Below are positions 54,291-64,000 of a stretch of DNA of 64,000 nucleotides, piece after piece; position 1 is the stretch's first letter; the number at the start of each line of letters is the position of its first letter. The position numbers were made by a program, and so were the translations under genes. Origin of the DNA: Lytechinus pictus (Eukaryota); NCBI RefSeq assembly GCF_037042905.1, contig NC_087245.1, positions 10,294,001-10,358,000 on the forward strand, in the 5' to 3' direction. The notes under the pieces are model-generated. The model ran no database searches, was not told the origin of the DNA, and saw only the letters and a program-made list of their open reading frames with translations.

Positions 54291-57200
54291 TTTAAAAAGG
54301 GCACCGTACATTCCCATATGGAATGCATCTAGGATGGTGCATGCCATCTGTAATCGACCTCTGTCCGGAATGAATTGTTTATTTGCCATCAATTAGCCCT
54401 AGTAGATTGTATGTAGAGGCCTCTCAATCAACAAGCAAACTCTGATTTGACCGGGTGAAGGGATGTTGATTTGTTTTGCCCTCATTTATCTTAAAATATG
54501 ATCGCCATGTTTTCTTTGTGAATGATAAAACTAAAATTGGCTGCTGTTTGCATAGAGACAGTAATACTGGAATAATTCAATTATGCTGACCTTTAATTGA
54601 CAATGCAATTTTAAAGAAAACTCTACAAATGCAAAAACAAATATTTATTTGTTGAATGTTTTGGTTTTTCTGAGAGAATATTTTGTATGACTTTAAATGA
54701 ATTTCTATTTATAAACCGTCGCGACGAGTCGTTTATCAAAAAGGATTTTTACGGAGAAACAAACAAAAAGTCATTTCAAAAGGCCTAGAATTTCAAGACT
54801 GAAAACAAAGAAGATATCATTCAGTTTGCACTATCCCATTACGACGTTTGCAAGTCATGTTGAACCCATGCACATAAGAATGGCAGTTTCCCACTTGGTA
54901 ATTGTCCAAACTGCCATAACAGTGTGGTAACACGCCCTCTCTTGTTCTCATCTACTAATTTATCCAGATTCGCCTTATCAACAACAAAACAAAGTTTGCA
55001 ACTGTATTTTATTAGATATTTATCCCTGTATGTATACCCTATACTGAATCAATGGCAGGTAACATTTGAAACTGACAAATGAAGCATGTAACAGCTTAAA
55101 GATTAGTTTTTTTTATCGTGAAAGCGTAACAAAAATTGCTTATGTTCAGCTCCCGTTGAATGACAATTTGTAAATAAATCATCAAGGGGCGATATTAAAA
55201 GTTTACATGCTTCTTAACATCCGAATAGTAACATTGTGTGTAAATGCAGCTCAGGCGCTCCTTGTAATTATTTCTCACTACATTCATGACATTAATCAAT
55301 TGATAAAGAGGTCCATCGTACGGACCAATGTTCAAGTTTTCCCCACGCGGTGAGAATAATTGATTAATCAGCTTAGCGTAATTACCCTATTGGATGGTAT
55401 CATAAAGAGACATTGTATGGTTGTTTGAACAGCTTGGTGACATGCAGACGAAAGACCATGGGGATATTACGTAATTATCTAACATTCATTTTGTAAACAT
55501 TAAATGTCTGATGGCGGGGCTACTGTCTGATAGCCGGTTAAAGGTTAGTCGAGAGAAGCGCAACAACATGAATACGCAAAGGTCAATTGGTCTTATCTAA
55601 ATTTTCTGATAAAATTTGACTAAAAAACAAACAAACAAACAACAACATGTGGATTGGCTAAAATAAAATAATTCATTTTCTCTTTAATTTTCTTCTCCTT
55701 CATTCTAGCAGCTGATTTGCAATCAAGAAAATCCCATCTATCTAAGAGTCGCCATTTAGGCCCTTATCCTTTAGCTGGTAATCTTTGTTGTAACTGCATG
55801 AACTGACTAATAACGTTGTCATGAAAGAGTGCATGGCCCTTTTGGCCTTTGACCAGCCTCGGGTTTTATTTGTCGATTCGGATCATGATCACATTTTATA
55901 TATCGTCTTTGTTTGCATAGTATCCTGAACGAGGTTCAATGTGTAAACATGCTTGTATAGTGGTTATATCAAGGAATTACCATACAAGTGTGTTCATGAT
56001 TGTGCACCAGTCGTGCCAGTGAACCATTAGCGTTATTCACGATGTGTTGCCCGTTTGATCTTGATTTATGCGGGTAACTACTGTGTAAACGTGCTTTTAG
56101 ATTTCCTCGATATATTCTTAATCCGATTTTCTGTGATTTATCACTCATTGATAATCTATCGGCGATACACAACTAGCTCTCTTACACAATTTTATATATA
56201 TAATCTTTTAGATTGCAAAGGTTTTAAGAATTCAAATGTTTAGTGTTACTCGATGTTCTTCACTGTTGAAAATTGAGCTCAGATAATAAATTGAATAAAT
56301 AAATTTGCACATTACATGATTTAAGGGAGGGTCTAAAAGGTTACAAATACCAAATTCCAGTGGCATTTCCATGGGACAAAGTTGCCCCCTTTTTAAAGTT
56401 ATTTCATTTTTTTTTTGCTTTCTCGTATTTTTGGGGGGCTGATATTGCCGACTACAAGGTTTTTTTTTCCTTTGTTGATTTTTTTTCCTCAACAAAGTTG
56501 GACGATTTTCTGCCCTCATCATCTGTATGTCCTGGATTCGCAACTGCCCAATATTAAATTAAAAAATTAACATTTTGTCATGATATCACCGGAAAACATG
56601 CATGTATGAACTAAAATAGGGGAATGTTGTTTTAATAGATTAATCATTATAATGTTAATTTGTTGATCATACCGAATATGCAATATCCATATCTTCGCAA
56701 GATATGAATGCACTTTCGCGATAGCTTCCTTAAACACATACCTACCCCTCCCCTTCCGTCTTTCTCTCCCCCTCTCTCTTACTCCCTCACTCCCTCTCGC
56801 TTCCCCTCTCTCCTCCATCTAACTTTATATCTTTCTTGGATCTTCATTTGATTCGATCACTTTTATCAAAATACACATACATGACATTATCTGGATATTG
56901 GCAATAACGTATTCTTTTGACATACGCATGCAATATATTGTATCAATTTCCTGTCAATAAAAAAAAATGTTTTCCTTTCAATGAGAGACATATCGGATCA
57001 AGGATTTTAGAATTTATGTAGCAAAATACGCAACTATAATACTTAAAGCATGAAGTACATGAAGAAAAGATGAAAATGCATCGTGATGTTTTAAAAATTT
57101 AATTACTTCTGTACATGTCATGGCAAATTTGCAAAATCCGGGGCCAACAACATGTTGACCCAAATTAATTATTAAAAGAACGATTGATATAATAAGGATA

Positions 57201-57675
57201 CTTACATACACGAAAAAGATAACTGGGTAAGGTTTAACATGAGATAGGTATCTTATGAATATCTGTTAAATTGTACAAAAACTTGGGTAATGTCGAAAAG
57301 AATGACCTAACCCTTATCACTCACATCTCTGAAAATGAAATATGATTACCAGATAAAATTGACCTATTATAGGACGCAAATAGACAGGAAGTTAATGGAG
57401 AAATGGATGCTTTATTCCCTATTTTGAAAGGTCTTGGATTATTTTTGAAAGGTCAACTGCATTAGAGACATCAGCTGTATACAGTCAGTGAGATGTTATC
57501 TATATAGTGATGTCTAGAAACCCTGGTAGTATTATGAAAGGCAATTGGATCGTCTCCATGCATATACTAACGGTCCCCTGTATCACATTACCCACACCAG
57601 CCTGTCGGTGACAGCTCCTCCCCCATCCCCCATTTCTGTCTCCCACACTCTCCCCCTCTGCCCCAAAATATTCAG

Positions 57676-57944
57676 GGCCCCGTCTTACAAAGAGTTACGA
57701 TTGATCCAATCTATCGTAACTCTATGGAAATCCCTCAGTGTCATAATTTTTTCTACAGGAAATATGCACCATGTCCTTTGTAAACGAAGAAAAGCACAGT
57801 GAATTTGGAAGAAAACAATGAATGCATGAATATACATCATAGTTAGAAAATATTTGAACAAACATGAATAATAGATGATGACGTTGCTGGCCGTCCATAG
57901 TTGTGATTGATCAGATCAATCGCAACTCTTTGTAAGATGGGGCC
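57676..57944. mobile_element. PIF/Harbinger-type MITE
   Basis: ~50-bp imperfect TIRs GGCCCCGTCTTACAAAGAGTTACGATTGATC / GATCAATCGCAACTCTTTGTAAGATGGGGCC, flanked by CAG and CTG (CWG). Confidence 0.88.
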
Positions 57945-58441
57945 CTGGTCTTTGATTTCCCATAACCTCTACTAACACACACACACTCTCTCTTTCCAGT
58001 TCCTTTGATAATAGGCCTATATGTACAGGATGTAGGAATTTGGATCCGTCGATATTCATGTTATGTGTGAGCTTTCGTGGTAAGATTGACTGCGTATTTT
58101 TCTTTCTTGTTTCACTGTTGTGACTTCATCTCATCATCTGACTTCCGACTTCAATATAATAAATCTTGTATGCTCTAAACAGGGACATGAATGTTCGTAT
58201 TTTATTTTTATTTGATTGAGTTTAAAATCCTTGCAATCTGACTGCCATAAAGTCATGTAACACACAAAAAGGGATTATGAAACTATATACATGCAACCAA
58301 ACACGAACCACACACATTACTTTCTTTATCACTCTCTTCGAAGCCACCCCCTCCATAAAAGAAAATAAAACCCATCATATATGGTTGTATCGGGCTACCG
58401 CGAGCTCCAGGTAAATAATCAGGTTGTCTCCGTCTTATAGC

Positions 58442-58455
58442 GTCGTCATGGCAAC
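58442..58455. promoter_or_regulatory. RFX X-box-like motif
   Basis: GTCGTCATGGCAAC. Confidence 0.35.
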
Positions 58456-61400
58456 TGCAACAATGTCTACCTCACGAAATATCGATATTATTGTGTAACG
58501 TGCATAAGACGGAGCTATTGGTGTTTGTACAATCTATTTTTGTCAGGGTAAGGAAAATTTCGCTGAAGGAAACACGAACCATTTTATGACTTTAATAGCT
58601 TTATGATCAAGAAAATACCCAAGAAAAGAGCAATAATGAAAATTATTTTAAAATCAAAATTCAATGTTGACGTCAAGTTGGTTATAAGTTAAGCATAATG
58701 AGATAAAAGTATTAAAAAATCTTTAAAAGCAAGGTTTTGATTTTTTAAATGATTTTGTTATGTGTGTGGTAGACTTACCCGCTATCGTTAATTCTATCTT
58801 TCTATTAACGTCCCTTATTATATTCCATCCCTCCCCTTCACATCAATCTCCAATCCAGGAACTCGTTTCAGATCTCCTATAAACTCAATTTATAAATGTT
58901 CTTCCACGGTACATATATCTTTGAAGCTGATCATTGTTTACTGTCTAAACTAACTGGGTTGTGTTCATTCGCTCTGTGGGGGCAATGGGGGGCAATACTG
59001 TGTTTGTAGGCCCATGGCAGATTTCTTAAGCATGTCAAGTGTAGTCTCGCGTCCCAATTTGTTCCACTTAAGTTCCTCGTGTTTTAACAAATCTGGGAAC
59101 TTACAGAAAGATTAATATCTCTGCATATTATATATTATGTATTGAGGGTTGAGGAGCGTATATCGTAGGCCTTTAGTAAGGTATCTATCTATTCTGCTAA
59201 AGCTACCCAAACATTGTAACCATGAAGGTGGTGATAACTCGATTATCGAGCGTAACATCAGGATACTTTTAGGTTCTTGACAAAACAAGCATGAACTTTT
59301 CCAAGGTTTTCATAACACGATCACGACAAATCAATGTTTTCTTTCCATGTTAGAAATAGTGTTTGGACAATGCTTCAAGTCTTAACCATAAGTTTTATCT
59401 AGCTCTAATTGTGATTTTTGTTTTGTTGGCACTCTCTATTCTACAGATGTCTTAAGTACAAATCATTGTAAGCAATGATAAAGATTAATGTATTTATACG
59501 TATACAACAATATACTCAAGTAATCCAAGTTTTAAAAGGTAAACACATGCACAAAAACATACAGTAAATAATAATTACAGTGCAACTGGAACATGTATGT
59601 ACTTAGCCTTCCAAATATAGGCCTATGTGCTGCAGATTACATAATCAACCGTCTGAACTGTCCCAGACAGTATTCCTATTCGTTTGACCAGAATTTATTC
59701 ATTAAAGAAAGAGAAAATCGCCCTGGTAAAGTTATACGCTAGCTTTAAATAAAAAAATGATAATATGGATGGATCCTGTTGGTGAAAATGCACCAGATTA
59801 GAATCAACATCAAGAAATTATGACGTTCTAAAACCTTCATCTTTCGTTACTGACAAAGTATGTGAAATACAGAGAAGTGTAATTCAAGCGCATGAGTGTG
59901 AATGTATTAATGAAAAGGAAAATAACTAAGCAACGTTTGATATTGCTTTGGTTCAGAATAGACCGAAGGTTATTTGGTGATAAACGTCATGTGAAAATGC
60001 TGTTTGACTGATTCTTAATTAAAAACCCCACCTTCTTTAGCTCAGTTTGTACCTCATATTTTCATATTCTGTTGAACTAACTAATTATGATATTGAATGA
60101 CATTTTAGATTTTCCCTTTAAGCTGAACCAGGACACTCAACTCTCCTCGGACCAGCGAGACCGCACTAATACACCCTCTCAAAAGGGACCCTCAATACCC
60201 CCGCATCTCAAAAGTGACCCTACAATTGAAATCTGAGTGCCTACCATTGATGAGCTAACAAAGAAAGCCATTAGGGAGTAGCCAAAGAGTAGGATCTAGT
60301 GACCATTGTCTGGCCGGTCATTTGTCTAGCTGCTGGTCTTAAGTACTCCACTTTCTTCTTCTTCTTTTTAAGCCCCTAGTTTATTCCACACTCAGCTTAT
60401 ATCTTACTTTAGCTAGTCATGCGATTACAACGTGAAAAAAAAAGAATGATCTGTACATGAAGATGCCATTCATTGTAATCATATATACACTCCACTGTAA
60501 TGTAGATTAGCATTTAAAGGGGTTGGAGAGAACAAAAATAATTACATGTATAAGTTGAAACTGATAACAAATAAAAATCATTTATATTTGCAAGCATGAT
60601 GTATATCTAAGAAGGGAAGCGATATGTTTTCAGGAGTTTCTTAAAATCGACCAATGAGTTTTGTCAATAAGCGTTAAGAATCGGTGATCCTAAATGGATC
60701 AATAATAATTTCAACACACAGTAGATTTCATTCGTAAGATAATTGAAATAATAATTGACATCATAAATGGTTGGTTGAGATGCAGAGCATTCCTAGGATA
60801 CATGTATGAAAGGTATGGGTTGTCTATATTGTATTTTGAAAGAGCTATATTGCAAATAGGGAGCCATTAACATGGCATACCACAATCTGCATAATACATG
60901 TATATCAAAGTGGACTATTTTGTTTTCATTCTTATCTCTCTGCTGATAATGTTAATGTGTGAAGCTATCTCTTTAGTCCGATGCCTTCCTTTAGATGTGT
61001 CTAGCTGATGGCGTGATTTTGCACATTCCTTTTCAGTTTTTCCTATACATTTTGTCAGCTTCCAGTCAAAATTATAGTGCATTCGATCACACAGAGTATT
61101 GTATTTTGGTGGTATTCATCGTTGCCTTGTATTTTATGAGCCTGTTGGGTCCAGAGTTCCTTACCTCTTCACATCAATGACAGAAGCATTATTTAGAGAA
61201 CATAATCACCGAAGTAATATGAGGCTAATTATTTAAGTATATGGCCTAGTGGAAAACAAGTCACATACATGACATAGTGATCGGATTCAAAAGGAAGTAC
61301 AGAACACAATAGGCCTATAGACAATTTGTATATGCATAAGGGGGGGGGGTGTCTTCAAACAATTTTCACATTTAATGATGTAAATTAATTTGTTTTGTAG

Positions 61401-63759
61401 AGAACTAGAAATGAATGTCCCTACATCATTCGATGAAACTGACATAGCTTGGGTGGGAAATTTGGTTGAATACGAATCTGAAAATGACAAATTTTGAATG
61501 GAAAACAGTTCCTTAAATCACTTTCAAATCTTATTCCAAACACCATAACCCAGTTGATGATGCTACAATAATGATATCGGTGTGTTATTTAAATCACTTT
61601 TCTTTGCTAATGATGCATCTGGTGTTGTTTAGAAGTTTGTTAGCAAAATCAACACGGCTGTCTCCAATTATTCGACACCAGCAAGCACGTTGGCATCAGA
61701 CCCCTATACATCTTGACTCTGTTGATATCTTCCAAAGATGATGCCATTAAGCATAGCGGATGCGAGGGATCGTGCGTTGTTGCAAAGTACGGTTTCTGAA
61801 AGCTTAAGGAGGTATTAACCTGGTATAAGCACGTAAGAGGACCCGTCCCAAGGGGGTTGCAACCACAATGCAAAGGAAATGAAATTCTCCAAAGTTTCAA
61901 AAAGGAACGCAAATGAATTGGAGAACAAGACTTTTGTGTCATCAGCAAACATTTGCGCTTTGTTCATCTAATCGTGTTTGGAAATACATCTAGACCTATG
62001 TGTAATAAAGCACGAATGTGATTTGCTAGACATGGATGTAGTAGTGATGTAGATTAATTGTTATCTAGCTTCGCTGTATCTCTAGACCCCCCCCCCCTTT
62101 TTTCTCTCTCTTTCTCTCTCTCTCCCTCTCTCCCCCTTCCCTCTCTTCATCTTGCGCCCATATTATTCGTCTTCTCTGCACCACTTTCTAATCAAGAGTA
62201 CTTGTATGTCTTCTTCCATTGAAAGATCGTGTATTCATGAAGCCATCATCCTCCTTCGCAGTATACACAGCTCATATCTTTACACATCTAAGCCAGTGTG
62301 TATATATTTCCATGTTAAGATGTTTACATTCTCAACTTTCATTTTCTACGAGGTTAAAGGGAAATAGAGTGCTGTGGAACATTGGGTAATAATATTCATG
62401 ATATTGATGATCCTTTGGAAATATATTAGAGCAGAAGTATTGTTAAAATTACAATAATCATTACAATGATACAATAATCAGAAAAATCAAATTCGGTGTT
62501 CAAATTTGTTGTATATATATTTTTTTGGTTATCGGGCTATTAAAGTGACACGTTTCAATGAACTTTTTCACGTACTTCACAACCATGTTCATTCTAATTT
62601 GCACAGTGTTCAACAATTTTTGTCATATACGTTTTTCACGTTTGACTTTTATCTTGGCTGCTCCATAGAGAGCAATATAAAATATGACAAGGGGGCTAAA
62701 TTTGATAGCCCATATGTAATGATTGTTAGCGTAAAATAATTATCTGCAGGTTTATTAAAATTTCGATTCGGGAATCCAACGCAATATTATACGATAATAT
62801 TATTTTTTGAGCTGTGGTATGTTTCTACCGTGGTGGGCCTATCGTATTTCCATTGTAGGACCAGTATTATTATACACCACAAAAGGAACCAAATAACTTT
62901 CGGTTCATTATGAAGCAGTATAACATCCTACAAAGAAAAAATACACGATAAATAACACTACTTACTTGATAGTTGATGATCTCATTGGAACCTCACATGA
63001 AGCTATACTGGGATGATAGATGAAGTGAACCAGCAAATGGAGTATCATACATAGTGCAGAGATATTGTTTGGTATACATATACCAATCAGTGTTATATAT
63101 TGTAAATATCTATGTATATATGTATATGGCAAGAAACTTTTTATTTTGAATATGAATGATATAAATTGCCCCTCTTCTTTTAAATTCGAGCAAATTGTTT
63201 TTCAAAATTCCTAAATCGTGCTGACACACAATTTTATGGGGGGAAAATGTTACCAGTTGATTTTCATTTATTCGTATTTCTCAATTTTTACGTGGATTAT
63301 TTGCTTCGAAGTAAACATTTTTCTTCAAATTATTATTTCACATATGAATTGATCGAGAACAACTATTTAATCAGACATAATACGTGCAATACGTCCCCTG
63401 TATAATTGTTATTCTTTCACGCTTGATGATCATCCCTTCCTACAGAAGCCCAGACTGCCTATAAAACCTTTGTTATGACTGATTTAAAGCCTCCAATGGT
63501 CATTACCGAGCTTTAAATCATGTTAAGGAGATAATTAGTTGTAATTATTTGGCATTGAAAAGGGCGATGTCATTTGCCAGATCAGATGGTACAGAGTACA
63601 GTGCTCGTTGCTCGTTGATGTGAAATTTCTGAGAGAATTCACCGAAGTGGAAAATAAATAAAAGGAGGAGGCGGTAATTCTGATGGATTTGCCCCGTAGG
63701 ATTATTCCATCTATTCATATCGATAAAGGAAGGTCGATGAAAAGATACCTACTTGTGTG

Positions 63760-63773
63760 GTTGCGATGGTAAC
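63760..63773. promoter_or_regulatory. RFX X-box-like motif
   Basis: GTTGCGATGGTAAC. Confidence 0.35.
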
Positions 63774-64000
63774 GTGGACCTTAAGGTGATCTTTTGAAAC
63801 CATGGTTATTACCACGTCAACATAAGGTAACATCAATCGATTGCCACATACCCTGGGATGAAGGCTGGATAAGTGAAAATAGAGATGGTGACATGACCAG
63901 ATGGAGATGGACGGAGAGAGGAAGAGAAAGACACACGAACAGAGATAGAGAGAGAGAGGAAGAGAGAAAGGGAGATTTATATAAATTATGTGTGTGTATA

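Overview
AT-rich eukaryotic (animal) genomic DNA, intergenic or deep intronic. The repeat types (poly-G hAT-like MITEs, CORE-like tRNA SINEs, L2/Tx1 LINE ends) suggest a marine invertebrate, probably a sea urchin; this is an inference. I found no confident host protein-coding gene, rRNA, true tRNA or CRISPR array, and nearly all ORF-track entries are chance or low-complexity frames. The window is a mosaic of decayed and nested transposable elements: hAT-like elements with 8-bp TSDs, Harbinger-type MITEs, CACTA-like TA-flanked hairpin MITEs (one with perfect 92-bp arms), LINE 3' ends and tRNA-derived SINEs. The best novelty candidate is a 175-bp retroposon at 33106-33280. It has a perfect 8-bp TSD, a 7SL (SRP Alu-domain)-like head, a Deu/Nin-like core, a 3' hairpin and an A/(AC)n tail, so it looks like an Alu-like SINE1 outside the lineages where I know SINE1 to be described. 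Other notable signals are strong enrichment of TAGGCCTA (possible transposon excision footprints) and five RFX X-box-like motifs. All family assignments are by eye from recalled consensus motifs; no searches were run.
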